Source: Patescibacteria group bacterium (GTDB taxonomy: Bacteria > Patescibacteriota > Patescibacteriia > Patescibacteriales > JBAZCA01). Taken from it: a DNA stretch of 64,000 nucleotides. The notes under the pieces were generated by a model. The model was not told the DNA's origin and did not search any database. It was given only the letters and a program-made list of their open reading frames with translations. The DNA is taken from the NCBI GenBank assembly GCA_041661505.1, contig JBAZUF010000002.1, positions 140,201 to 204,200 of the forward strand. Direction: 5' to 3'. A program made the translations under genes and the position numbers. Positions within the stretch are counted from its first letter, which is position 1, and the number at the start of each line of letters is the position of its first letter. Below are positions 35,320-44,525 of the stretch, piece after piece.

Positions 35320-35877
35320 TTAAGCCCGCTCAACGTATTCGCCCGAGTCCGTGTTTATAATAATCTCGTCGCCTTCTTTTATAAACATCGGAACATTTAA
35401 TTCTGTTCCGGTTTCCAAAGTTACTTTTTTAGTAACCGTGCCGGCTGAATTGCCCTTAACGCCCGGAGGGGCAGAGGTAACTTTTAGGGTGATTTTTATC
35501 GGGAGATCTATGGCCGCCGGCTTGCCTTCAAAATAGAGCGCGTCAACGTCAGTCCCTTCTTTTAGGAAAGAAACTTTATCGCCCAGAGTTTCTAAATCAA
35601 GGGGGAATTGCTCAAAAGTCTCATTATCCATGAAATAAGCTTCATTCTCGTCCTTGTAGAGGTAATTAACTTTCTTTTTCTCGGTTGCCGCCTCTTCCAT
35701 CTTATCGTTCCCTTGGATGGTTTTATCAAGGATATTGCCCGAAATCAGGTTGCGGACTTTGATTTTTAAAACCGCGCCTCCCCGGCCCATTTTATGATGG
35801 TCGGTTCTTATTACGGCGTAAGGCTCTCCGGCGATGCGGACCAGACTACCGGTTTTTATTTCGTTCATGCTTAACAT
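35320..35877 (-). CDS. efp: Elongation factor P
   Basis: 185 aa. The N-terminus NEIKTGSLVRIAGEPYAVIRTDHHKMGRGGAVLKIKVRNLISG fits EF-P, and the length matches three OB/KOW domains. Confidence 0.92.
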   Translation of the reverse strand: MLSMNEIKTGSLVRIAGEPYAVIRTDHHKMGRGGAVLKIKVRNLISGNILDKTIQGNDKMEEAATEKKKVNYLYKDENEAYFMDNETFEQFPLDLETLGDKVSFLKEGTDVDALYFEGKPAAIDLPIKITLKVTSAPPGVKGNSAGTVTKKVTLETGTELNVPMFIKEGDEIIINTDSGEYVERA

Positions 35878-35940
35878 ATTGGTTTAAAATAGTTACAAAA
35901 TACGGCCTCTCCGTTTCAAGTTTAAGAGACGGCGGAAATA

Positions 35941-36162
35941 TTATCTGGCGGTGAATGGTATCAGAGCCATAATCCTTGCCCGCTTGACCGCTAAAGAGAG
36001 TTTTCGCTGATGCGCGGAACAAATACCCGTCCTTCTTCTTGGGAGTATTTTTGAGTAATAATTCATGAATTTCTTCATGGTCTGGGTATCCTTGTAATCG
36101 ATTTGAGTGATGTTGTTTTCGCAAAAATAACACCGTTTTTCTTTTTTGATTGTAGTAGCCAT
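35941..36162 (-). CDS. rpsR: 30S ribosomal protein S18
   Basis: 73 aa. [15 protein letters not shown]...[31 protein letters not shown]. Confidence 0.93.
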   Translation of the reverse strand: MATTIKKEKRCYFCENNITQIDYKDTQTMKKFMNYYSKILPRRRTGICSAHQRKLSLAVKRARIMALIPFTAR

Positions 36163-36223
36163 ATTTATTGGTAATCCAAAACAGCGAATTCTTTATGGGG
36201 ACGCGAAATCGGCCGTTTTTATT

Positions 36224-36703
36224 TTAGTAAAAAGGGATATCTTCAACTTTGATTTCGTCTTCGGTTGCTTCCTCGGTCTGGAATCCCGCGCCAGCCTGGG
36301 GAGCCATCGGTTCGCCGTAGCCAGGAGTTGCTTGTTGCGGGGCGCTATATCCGCCTGGAGCGGCCGGCCGAGCATTCGGGCGGTCAAGTAAAATCATATT
36401 ATCGGCGACAATTTCGGTCCGGTATCTTTTTTGGCCGTCTTGTCCGACCCAATCCCGGGTTTGCAGCCTTCCTTCGATATAAACCTTGGCTCCTTTTTTC
36501 AGATACTGGCCGCAAATTTCCGCGAGCCTTCTCCAGGCCACTACGTTGTGAAATTCTGATTTATCCTGCCTTTGGCCCGACGCGTCAGTCCAGACTAAAT
36601 TAGTGGCGACGGAGAAATTGGCGACATTGGCGCCGTTCGGGGTAGTTCTCATTTCCGGATCCCGGACAACATGCCCGATGATCATTACTTTGTTTAGAGT
36701 CAT
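36224..36703 (-). CDS. ssb: Single-stranded DNA-binding protein
   Basis: 159 aa with an OB-fold N-terminus (LNKVMIIGHVVRDPEMRTTPNG), a Gly/Pro/Ala-rich linker and the acidic tail EDIPFY. Confidence 0.93.
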   Translation of the reverse strand: MTLNKVMIIGHVVRDPEMRTTPNGANVANFSVATNLVWTDASGQRQDKSEFHNVVAWRRLAEICGQYLKKGAKVYIEGRLQTRDWVGQDGQKRYRTEIVADNMILLDRPNARPAAPGGYSAPQQATPGYGEPMAPQAGAGFQTEEATEDEIKVEDIPFY

Positions 36704-36752
36704 AAATGCTTCGCATTTACCCCGCCCTGGCGGGGTGCGAGCAAAGCTCGCA
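36704..36752 (-). promoter_or_regulatory. Twin GC-hairpin leader, copy A (immediately 5' of ssb)
   Basis: The minus strand reads TGCGAGC-TTT-GCTCGCA CCCCGC-CAGG-GCGGGG TAAATGCGAAGCATTT ATG. It is homologous to copy B, with compensatory stem changes. Confidence 0.6.
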
Positions 36753-36813
36753 TTTTTTGCCTTTTTAGGCTAAAATTAATAATCAATCTTCTTTTAATTT
36801 TATACCACCGGTT

Positions 36814-37302
36814 TTATTTAAGCAAATCGCCGCCTTCCAGAATCTTGTCCAGCTTATCGTCCAAATCCTTCAAGTCGACTTTGGCGGCGTCTTTTTTTGT
36901 TTCTTTCTCTTCGGCCAGGGCTTTCTCCTTTTCTCCAATCATCGCGGTCTCGCCGGCTTCTTTTACTCTCGTTCGGACTTTCTTTTCGACTCTTCCTTCG
37001 TCTTTAATTATGATATGCCTCAAAACTTCCGGCGCGCGCTGGATTAGCTGGTCGATTTCATTAATTTTACTTCCCGGCAGGCTCATGCGGGTTAAGTGAT
37101 AGTAGCCGTAAACATAGCCTTTGATCGGGTAGGCCAGTTTCTTCTTGCCCCAATCTTCAGTCTGTTCGACTTTGCCTTCGTGGTCGGTGATAATTTTACT
37201 CACCTTTTCTATAATGGCCGGAACCTCATCCTCTGAATATTTATTGGGGATAAGGTACAAAAGCTCATACTTGGGAATTGCGGATGATTTTACTTTTGAC
37301 AT
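36814..37302 (-). CDS. rpsF: 30S ribosomal protein S6 with an acidic/Lys-rich C-terminal extension
   Basis: 162 aa. YELLYLIPNKYSEDEV....HEGKVEQTEDWGKKKLAYPIKGYVYGYYHL. Confidence 0.9.
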   Translation of the reverse strand: MSKVKSSAIPKYELLYLIPNKYSEDEVPAIIEKVSKIITDHEGKVEQTEDWGKKKLAYPIKGYVYGYYHLTRMSLPGSKINEIDQLIQRAPEVLRHIIIKDEGRVEKKVRTRVKEAGETAMIGEKEKALAEEKETKKDAAKVDLKDLDDKLDKILEGGDLLK

Positions 37303-37349
37303 AGTTGCTTACGTTTATCCCGCCGAAGCGGGGTGCGGGCGAGCCCGCA
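37303..37349 (-). promoter_or_regulatory. Twin GC-hairpin leader, copy B (immediately 5' of rpsF)
   Basis: The minus strand reads TGCGGGC-TC-GCCCGCA CCCCGC-TTCG-GCGGGA TAAACGTAAGCAACT ATG. Confidence 0.6.
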
Positions 37350-37405
37350 ATTTAAAAAACCCCAAAGGCATTCTTTGCTCTTAGGGGCAAATATTGAATA
37401 CCTTT

Positions 37406-37445
37406 ATCCCGCCGTTTAGGCGGGATGTCCTCGCGTGCGCGGGAC
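37406..37445 (-). repeat. Related but less regular GC-hairpin pair (copy C)
   Basis: ATCCCGCC-GTTTA-GGCGGGAT (37406-37426) is followed by the GC-rich imperfect palindrome GTCCTCGCGTGCGCGGGAC. A terminator-like hairpin plus T6 (minus strand, about 37352-37390) lies between copies C and B. Confidence 0.4.
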
Positions 37446-37558
37446 GTGGGAAAGATAATAAGTGATTAATTTTTAATACATTAGCATGACTTGGCCGATA
37501 AATCAAGACCTCTTGCCTTAGACTGGCCTTAAAGGGCGATAATGGGTAGGATTTAAGG

Positions 37559-38290
37559 CTAGTCTTTTTCTACGGGATCGGTATGGAGTTTGAACATTTC
37601 CTCCCCGTCTTTTTTTCCGTCTTTATCAGTATCAGGCGCGAAGGGATCGGTTCCGTAAGAACGCTCATCGGTATCAAGCAACCCGTCGTTATCGCTATCT
37701 TTAGGTTTATTTTTAACGATGTTTTCGCAATCTTTTTGATAGTCGCTCTCCAGGCCTTGGCAGAGTTCTATTTTACCTTCCTGATAGGCTAAATTTTTTA
37801 GTACAAGCGTCCGGCACAAATCATAAATATCCCCGTTAAAGTCCTCGCATTTTTTCGCGTCAAAATTATTCGAGAAGAACTTGCTTAAACAAGCTTGGCG
37901 CCATAATGGATCCGAAAGTTTTAAGCAGTCAGCTGACTCTGATTTTGGGTCGGCGACTATTGACTCAAAATTTTTCCGATCAAGGCATTTGGCTTTCATT
38001 TCCGCGTTGGTAATCTTATCACAGTATTTTTCATCGCTTAATTTGTTTGACAATTGGTAGAGGCATTTATCCTTGTCGTCGCTTTCTTTAAGGCTAAGGC
38101 AGATTTTTTCATCCTGCATTTTTATGGAATCGTTTATTTTTTGATAAGCGCTAATGTTTTCATTGATATTATTATTCGATTTTGTATTATTGCCCGCGAT
38201 TTTAGACCTAAAAATCCAGACGGCTCCAACCCCGGCGATTAATAAAATCGAGATTAGAAGGATAATTTTAACTTTCCTGTTTATATTCAT
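37559..38290 (-). CDS. Membrane-anchored Cys-repeat protein with C-terminal thrombospondin-type-3-like Ca-binding Asp repeats
   Basis: 243 aa with an N-terminal TM helix and five C-x11-13-C units (for example KYCDKITNAEMKAKC). The C-terminus reads DSDNDGLLDTDERSYGTDPFAPDTDKDGKKDGEE. Confidence 0.6.
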   Translation of the reverse strand: MNINRKVKIILLISILLIAGVGAVWIFRSKIAGNNTKSNNNINENISAYQKINDSIKMQDEKICLSLKESDDKDKCLYQLSNKLSDEKYCDKITNAEMKAKCLDRKNFESIVADPKSESADCLKLSDPLWRQACLSKFFSNNFDAKKCEDFNGDIYDLCRTLVLKNLAYQEGKIELCQGLESDYQKDCENIVKNKPKDSDNDGLLDTDERSYGTDPFAPDTDKDGKKDGEEMFKLHTDPVEKD

Positions 38291-38318
38291 AATTTTTTTT
38301 GCGGTACTGGGCCGGCTA

Positions 38319-41300
38319 TTAATCGCATTGAAATTTTAAATCCCATAAAACCGGGGTATTGCCTGTAACCTGGGATTTCATTTCTATCTTAATTTGGGAG
38401 TAGCGGCTTTTTCTTTTTTCCGGCTGTGAGTTCCATTCGTCGGCCGTAAGCCAGCTTATTGTCTCCCCGGCATTGAATGACGCAACTTTTATAGCCAGGC
38501 TCTCTTTTTCCGGGTATTCAATTTTTTCCTGCCAATAAAGGGTGCCCCAGCGCACGTAGCCGGTCCCCTTGTCCATCTTCTGGCTGGTCCAATATCCTGA
38601 CCGCAAAAGCATGGCGCGGTTTAATCCGGTCATATCGCTATAGGTATAGGAGGTCTTTCCTAAGTTCCACGGACCGGCCGTACCTTCTACATCTCCGCCG
38701 TTTAAGTTAACGACTTTAATAATACTGCCATCTCCAGGGATACTGTCGTAGTTAGCCACCCACATCTGGCCGTAAGAATCGCCGCAAATTCCCCGGGCGT
38801 CTTTGCCTTCGCTTGGCCAGGCATGCAGAAGCTTTCCATTTTTATCGGCTTTGATAAAAACATTATCCGTCCAGCTTGAAGCCCAAATATTTTCATCATT
38901 GACGTCGACCGATACTCCGGTAGTATATATTTTATTGATGTCAAGAGAAAAATCAGCTTTATTTCCATTAGGATCTTCTGAAGAAGCATAATCTACGCAT
39001 TCGGCCTCCTCTTGGCCGTTTTTCCAATAACAAAGGCTGTGGTTATATGAATTTCCAGTCCAAACATTATTACCCGAATCAACGGTGATTCCGTACGTCG
39101 TTGGGACGTCCGACGATGACGCGTCCAGTACCTTGGTTTTTGTATTGACTTTTTGGATTTTTCCCAGGCCTGGGTTGGAAACCCAGATATTATTGTCGCT
39201 GTCTATCGCGAGCCCATAGGGGTTGCCTCCAACGGTTACCTTATTTTCCCCCTCGGTAAACAGGGTTGGGCAGGCGGTATCGTCTCCAGGAATTTTTACG
39301 ATATTTCCATCGTTATAATTAGCAACCCAGACGTCGCCGTTTAGTTCAATGGCCACTCCCCTTGCCAAGTGAATGCCGGTATGGCAGGTTTTTTTTATCT
39401 TGCCGTTGATATCTAATTTCATAATACTGCTGCCTGTGTTTGTTGTTAGATCTCCTCTATTGGCAATCCACATGTCCCCGGTTTCGGCGTTTATCGCGGT
39501 CCTTGAGGGATAATCCCCGACGTTGTACGTCCCAATTATTCCCCGGTCTTCTTGAGGCACGCTTTTGTCCCAGTAGCATTCAACCTTTCCGTCCTTCCTT
39601 TTACAGTTGCGCTTATACCCCGGGTAAGTTCTCATTTTAGTAACTTGATCGGCCATATCATTTGCTATCCAGATATAGGGAGTGGGCATGACCTTTCCCA
39701 ATTTTAAGTAGGTTCCGCCGTCCGTATCGACGGCTGACCCCGCATTGGAATTGGTATCGTAAACCATGGCGTCGTTTGTTGCGCCTGTTGCGTCAAGATC
39801 AATGACTTTTGAAAAGCATTCCTTCAGAGTCACATTTATGCTAAGACTAACCACGTCGCTCACCTCTTCATGATCATCTTCGGCCTGAAAACTTATAGTT
39901 GACGCCCCTATTTCAGTTGGCGTTCCGGAAATCTTCACTTCTTTACTGTTATTTTCCCCGTTTTGGACCGCATAGCTCATGCCCTCCGGCAGATCGCCGG
40001 TAATATGGAAAGTCAGATTATCCTTGTCTTTGTCAAAAGCCTTGATTACGCACTCCGCATAGCTGTCGTTTATGTACGCGGTTTCGGCGCAGACAAGCGG
40101 GGTTTTGATTACCGGCTTGTTGTTAGCGACGGTGATAGTGAAGGTTTTGGAACTAATACTATTGTCTTTTCCCCGGCCGTCATTTACTGTTACTTTGAAT
40201 TGATATTCCCCGACCAAACCGGCATGCGAAAGATTTTCGGGATTGGAAAATTGTTTTTTGTTGGGATCAGAGGTTCTGGTTAATGCCGAAGGCGCGTTGG
40301 TCCAGCTGGACCAGTCTCCGATTTTTTCAAAGCTGACCCAGCTTAGCTTGTCCTTATCTTGGTCAGTGGCAAAAATTGTTCCCTGATAAGCGCTATCTGG
40401 ATGGCTGTCGGGAAGAGTGGCGTTAATGTAGGGCTCGTGGTTGTCTAATTCTTCGTTCCAGCCGATAGGCGTCCCGGCAGGCGCCGAACCAACGCAGGCC
40501 CCTTGGGATATGCTGGTTACATAGCCTGACTCCATTACGCCGCAAAGCGTGTAGCTAATCCCATTAGCCGTTCCGCTATAGACATAGACATGGCTGTCAA
40601 CCGGAAGATCAAGGATTGAGTTGGTTACGTCCGAATCGGCAAATTGTTTAGTCTTTTCGTCCCAGCAGGTGCCAGCCTCAAACCGGGCGTCATTGTTTAC
40701 GTGGTTCGGATCGATGTCATGATAATTATCTACGCAAGGCCCCAGCTTATTTTCCGGGTCAGTTGGCACGGGGGTGATCCCCAGTTCTTTGGCAAAGTTA
40801 TCTTTCCAGCTCGGCCAAACCGAAATCGTCTTGTTGGGAAGATAGGTTCCGGCTGTTAGAGTTGGATAATTGCCGTTTTTATTTTTGTATTTATTCAAGT
40901 AGATTTTTAGTTCCACCACATCCGAGAGCCTTCTTGTATCCCGGATTACCCGGGCTTTCAAGCTCTGGCAGATATCGCCCGAAGGGCATTCATCATTGGT
41001 TAAGCAGACCTGGCTAGAGTTTTTTTTGCATAGGCCGACCTCGTCTTTCAAATTGATATTAAACTTCCAGCTCTTCAGTATTTTTCCTAAAATGTCGGTA
41101 GTGGACGGCTCGGCGTCCTGGTTGTAGGAGATAATGTAGATGTTGGTGTACAAAACATTTTCGGAGAGATTGGCGGCATTAACGTAAACCGTCCGGCCGT
41201 CGCGGATGGCTTCATACCCGTCGACTTCCAGCGACTGGGGGGAGCCCTGGCTCTTTATATTGGTAAGATACCAGCGCAAAGGAGAATAATGCTCGGGATT

Positions 41301-41438
41301 GGGAACAGTCCGGAGCGCTATAGCGTCCGAAGAGTCGGCAAGAGTGGGTTGGCCCAGCGTCCAAGAGAGCGCGAAAACAGCGCTAGCCAGGCAAAAAATC
41401 AACACTAAATATTTTCCGGCTTTTTTATGTTGGAACAT
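38319..41438 (-). CDS. Large secreted surface protein: pseudopilin-like module, cadherin/Ig-like domains, NHL/beta-propeller repeats
   Basis: 1039 aa with a signal/anchor. A GspG-like segment reads KYKNKNGNYPTLTAGTYLP...PTDPENKLGPC. Ig-like segments include TVNDGRGKDNS and FQAEDDHEEVS. Propeller-blade motifs recur: GDMWIANRG, GDVWVANYNDGNIVKI, NNIWVSNPGLGKIQKV, GQMWVANYD. Confidence 0.65.
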   Translation of the reverse strand: MFQHKKAGKYLVLIFCLASAVFALSWTLGQPTLADSSDAIALRTVPNPEHYSPLRWYLTNIKSQGSPQSLEVDGYEAIRDGRTVYVNAANLSENVLYTNIYIISYNQDAEPSTTDILGKILKSWKFNINLKDEVGLCKKNSSQVCLTNDECPSGDICQSLKARVIRDTRRLSDVVELKIYLNKYKNKNGNYPTLTAGTYLPNKTISVWPSWKDNFAKELGITPVPTDPENKLGPCVDNYHDIDPNHVNNDARFEAGTCWDEKTKQFADSDVTNSILDLPVDSHVYVYSGTANGISYTLCGVMESGYVTSISQGACVGSAPAGTPIGWNEELDNHEPYINATLPDSHPDSAYQGTIFATDQDKDKLSWVSFEKIGDWSSWTNAPSALTRTSDPNKKQFSNPENLSHAGLVGEYQFKVTVNDGRGKDNSISSKTFTITVANNKPVIKTPLVCAETAYINDSYAECVIKAFDKDKDNLTFHITGDLPEGMSYAVQNGENNSKEVKISGTPTEIGASTISFQAEDDHEEVSDVVSLSINVTLKECFSKVIDLDATGATNDAMVYDTNSNAGSAVDTDGGTYLKLGKVMPTPYIWIANDMADQVTKMRTYPGYKRNCKRKDGKVECYWDKSVPQEDRGIIGTYNVGDYPSRTAINAETGDMWIANRGDLTTNTGSSIMKLDINGKIKKTCHTGIHLARGVAIELNGDVWVANYNDGNIVKIPGDDTACPTLFTEGENKVTVGGNPYGLAIDSDNNIWVSNPGLGKIQKVNTKTKVLDASSSDVPTTYGITVDSGNNVWTGNSYNHSLCYWKNGQEEAECVDYASSEDPNGNKADFSLDINKIYTTGVSVDVNDENIWASSWTDNVFIKADKNGKLLHAWPSEGKDARGICGDSYGQMWVANYDSIPGDGSIIKVVNLNGGDVEGTAGPWNLGKTSYTYSDMTGLNRAMLLRSGYWTSQKMDKGTGYVRWGTLYWQEKIEYPEKESLAIKVASFNAGETISWLTADEWNSQPEKRKSRYSQIKIEMKSQVTGNTPVLWDLKFQCD

Positions 41439-41551
41439 GGGAAATTGAAGAGTTTGACGTTTGCTTAATAGTTGATCATATTATACCATAAAGATTAGCG
41501 GTGGAGTATACCCGATCAGATGCCTTCAGTTTATTAAATTAATCGATAAGC

Positions 41552-42775
41552 ATGAAATCAGTTAAAGCTATTGTATTTATGCTAATTGCCGGATCGGTTA
41601 TTTTTGCGCTGATCATTTTTAAAGACAGCTTTATTCCAGCTTCTAATGATGCCGGCGATGATATTGCTTTTTACGAAAAAGACATCACTCCCGGCAATAT
41701 GAACGGCGTGAGACCCGATGTAATTAAGGCCGGAGACAGTTTTTACATCAATTTTTTGCAAACAGAACCAAAAAGATCTCTTGGCATGATTAAAGTTGAC
41801 AGCAGGCTTAATACCCAATATTTGGGCGAAATATATTCCGGTCAGGATGGCTCAAACCCGACCGATGCCCGAATGGCCGTTGATGGCAAGAACAACATCT
41901 GGTACTCCTTTGAAGCGGTCTATTCCGGCCCGGATAAAAATTATTTAAATCTTGCCAGATACGGCGCAGATGGCCGGACATTAGAATTAATAGATACAAA
42001 AGATAAAATTGCCCAGGGAGTTTTGGCCAGTCCGGAAATTAATAAATTCCCCGAATCTGGCTCGGAACAAGTGGATGACCCGCTGCCGTTTTATTACAGC
42101 GGGAAATATTATGTGATGACCAGGACTTTCCAATCCCCGGTTTACAAAGTGCGCGTGTTTGATAATAGCTTTAATTTAATTGATAGTTATTCGCTGGACT
42201 TGGCGCCGGCAATCGGCCAAAATGCCCTTTCAGTGAATTCGTTAGTTGAGATAGAAGGTGAAATCTATATGATTACCGGCGTATTTAATAACCGTCCGCC
42301 CGGCGACCCGGAAGCTATTTCTAAGATTGTAGCCATTCCCCTGCAAAAGGACTTAAGGGAGGCAAAAGGGGATAAAATTGAGCTGACCAACGGGAAAAAA
42401 TACTCTAGCTATGTATCATCGGCGAAATATAAAGACGGAAAATTATATGTCCTTTATAATAATTTCATCGGAAAAACCGGCAACAATCTCCACGAAGGCG
42501 TTTTGGAAATATACGATGCTAAAAATAACTTTAGCCGAATAAGGGCGATTAAAATAAACGGCGGCAAAATGATAGATAACCACATGACCATGGAATTTAT
42601 GGGGGATAGATTGTATGTCTTGTACAACACTCCCGAGGAAAAGCTTTTCGTAAAAGTGTTTGCTTTGAAAGAAATCCAGACAAATAAATTTTCTTTGCCA
42701 TTGACTTTTTTTAACTCTTTAGTTAATATAAAAACCAGCTTAATTTCTAATTTGAAACAAAAGAAAGACCGATAG
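41552..42775 (+). CDS. Membrane-anchored beta-rich hypothetical protein
   Basis: 407 aa with an N-terminal TM helix and repeated beta-strand-like segments (KNNIWYSFEAVY, GKYYVMTRTF, GEIYMITGVF, GKLYVLYNNF, DRLYVLYNT) suggesting a propeller. No family recognised. Confidence 0.5.
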   Translation: MKSVKAIVFMLIAGSVIFALIIFKDSFIPASNDAGDDIAFYEKDITPGNMNGVRPDVIKAGDSFYINFLQTEPKRSLGMIKVDSRLNTQYLGEIYSGQDGSNPTDARMAVDGKNNIWYSFEAVYSGPDKNYLNLARYGADGRTLELIDTKDKIAQGVLASPEINKFPESGSEQVDDPLPFYYSGKYYVMTRTFQSPVYKVRVFDNSFNLIDSYSLDLAPAIGQNALSVNSLVEIEGEIYMITGVFNNRPPGDPEAISKIVAIPLQKDLREAKGDKIELTNGKKYSSYVSSAKYKDGKLYVLYNNFIGKTGNNLHEGVLEIYDAKNNFSRIRAIKINGGKMIDNHMTMEFMGDRLYVLYNTPEEKLFVKVFALKEIQTNKFSLPLTFFNSLVNIKTSLISNLKQKKDR

Positions 42776-42798
42776 CTGTCGATCATAAATAACTGCTT

Positions 42799-43227
42799 AT
42801 GTTAGCAATCAAATTATCAAGAATTGGAAAGAAAAACCAGCCTCATTACCGGCTGATTATCACGGAAAAAGGCCGGGACCCCTTTGGCGAAGCTTTAGAG
42901 ATTTTAGGAGATTATAATCCCCGCACTAAAGCCCTGCAGGTTAAAGAAGACCGGATAAAGCATTGGATTTCCAAGGGAGCCCAGATGACGCCGAGCGTCA
43001 ATAATTTACTAGTCGAGAAAAAAGTTATTGAAGGAAAGAAGGTTAAAGCTTCCAAAGATCCGAAAAATACCGAAGCGGCGCCGGAAAAAGCGGAGGAAAA
43101 GAAAGAAGCCGCCAAAAGCGAAGTAAAAGAAGAGAAAACAGAAGCGCCCCAAGAGGTTTCCGGCGAGATAAAAGAAGAAGCGCCAGACAAGGCCAGTGAG
43201 TCTTCCGGCGAAGGGCCAAATGAATAG
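42799..43227 (+). CDS. rpsP: 30S ribosomal protein S16 with a Lys/Glu-rich C-terminal extension
   Basis: MLAIKLSRIGKKNQPHYRLIITEKGRDPFGEALEILGDYNPRTK. Confidence 0.92.
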   Translation: MLAIKLSRIGKKNQPHYRLIITEKGRDPFGEALEILGDYNPRTKALQVKEDRIKHWISKGAQMTPSVNNLLVEKKVIEGKKVKASKDPKNTEAAPEKAEEKKEAAKSEVKEEKTEAPQEVSGEIKEEAPDKASESSGEGPNE

Positions 43228-43263
43228 TTTTAGCTAATAATAGAGTAAATTTTGTTCAGTATA

Positions 43264-43291
43264 TTGACAAATAAATAAAAATTGGTATAAT
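43264..43291 (+). promoter_or_regulatory. Sigma-70 promoter with extended -10
   Basis: TTGACA (43264-43269), 16-nt spacer ending in TGG, TATAAT (43286-43291). It lies about 125 nt upstream of the KH-protein start. Confidence 0.6.
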
Positions 43292-43415
43292 AGTATAGTA
43301 CCTGATATTCTTTAAATAGCCGTCAGGCCATCCGGAAAATGGGTGGATTTATTAAGTAATATCTTTTTAGCTGATAATCAATCGATAAGTCAGCTTGAAA
43401 GAAGCACGAAACACT

Positions 43416-43733
43416 ATGGCAGATCAAGACAAGGACTTCTTAGAATTTGTTGTGAAGTCAATCGTCGGTAATCCAAACGACGTAAAAGTGGAGAGAAACA
43501 TCGACGAAAGAGGCGTTCTTTTGACCCTCACCATCAACCCGAACGACATGGGTTATGTGATCGGAAAAATGGGACAAACCGCGAAGTCAATCCGCACCTT
43601 GCTAAAAATCGTTGGCGCTAAAAACAACGCGCGGGTGAATCTGAAAATCAATGAACCGGAAGGCCGCGAAAGAAGGCCGAGGATGGAAAGAGAGCCGTTT
43701 GATACTTCTTCGGTTGACGATTTAAAAATCTAA
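43416..43733 (+). CDS. KH-domain RNA-binding protein (YlqC/UPF0109 family)
   Basis: FLEFVVKSIVGNPNDVKVE....GVLLTLTINPNDMGYVIGKMGQTAKSIRTLLKIVG. The ATG at 43416 is preferred over the TTG at 43395. Confidence 0.85.
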   Translation: MADQDKDFLEFVVKSIVGNPNDVKVERNIDERGVLLTLTINPNDMGYVIGKMGQTAKSIRTLLKIVGAKNNARVNLKINEPEGRERRPRMEREPFDTSSVDDLKI

Positions 43734-43761
43734 TCAACAAAAAAGTCAAAATAAGCAAAAG

Positions 43762-43792
43762 ACCGCCCCGCATCTGCGGGGTGGTTTTTTGT
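43762..43792 (+). terminator. Hairpin terminator/attenuator between the KH gene and trmD
   Basis: Stem ACCGCCCCGC/GCGGGGTGGT (43762-43771 / 43776-43785), then TTTTTTG. Confidence 0.65.
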
Positions 43793-43815
43793 TTATTATA
43801 GTGTATTATATTAAT

Positions 43816-44487
43816 ATGACATTCCATATAATAACAATTTTTCCCGGCATTTTTGAGAGCTATTTTAACGAATCAATTATCCGCCGGGCGAAGGACAAGG
43901 AAAAAATCAAGATTAAAATTTATAACTTGCGGGACTGGACCGCTGACCGGCACCGCACGGTTGACGACTCGCCTTATGGCGGCGGCGCCGGGATGGTAAT
44001 GCGCGCTGAGCCGATTTTTAAGGCTGTAGAAGAAATTAAAAAAAAGATTAGGGGGAAAGGAAAAGCCAGAACAATTTTATTTTCCGCCAAAGGAAGAAAA
44101 TATAATCAGGCGGCGGCGGAAAAATTAAAAAAATACAAGCATGTTATTATGATCTGCGGCCGTTATGAAGGCATTGACGAGCGGGTGGCGGAATTTTTAG
44201 CTGATGAGGAAATTTCGATCGGCGATTACGTTTTGACTGGCGGGGAAATTCCGGCGATGATAATCGCGGATTCTGTGGCCCGGCTCTTGCCCGGAGTTTT
44301 AGGCAATAAAGAAAGCTTGTCTTTTGAATCGCACGGAAAAGAAGGCGCTTTAGAATATCCTCATTACACCCGGCCCGAAATACTAACCTGGAAAAGAAAG
44401 AAAATGAAAGTGCCCCAGGTGCTTCTTTCCGGCAACCACGCTAATATTGAAGAGTGGAGAAAGAAGAAAAGCAAAATTAAAAAATAA
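43816..44487 (+). CDS. trmD: tRNA (guanine37-N1)-methyltransferase
   Basis: FHIITIFPGIFESYF, DDSPYGGGAGMVM, ICGRYEGIDERV and VLTGGEIPAM. The ATG at 43816 is used. Confidence 0.92.
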   Translation: MTFHIITIFPGIFESYFNESIIRRAKDKEKIKIKIYNLRDWTADRHRTVDDSPYGGGAGMVMRAEPIFKAVEEIKKKIRGKGKARTILFSAKGRKYNQAAAEKLKKYKHVIMICGRYEGIDERVAEFLADEEISIGDYVLTGGEIPAMIIADSVARLLPGVLGNKESLSFESHGKEGALEYPHYTRPEILTWKRKKMKVPQVLLSGNHANIEEWRKKKSKIKK

Positions 44488-44525
44488 CCTCCGGATTCAA
44501 AAGAAAATTCCCCAGTTAAAAAAAT

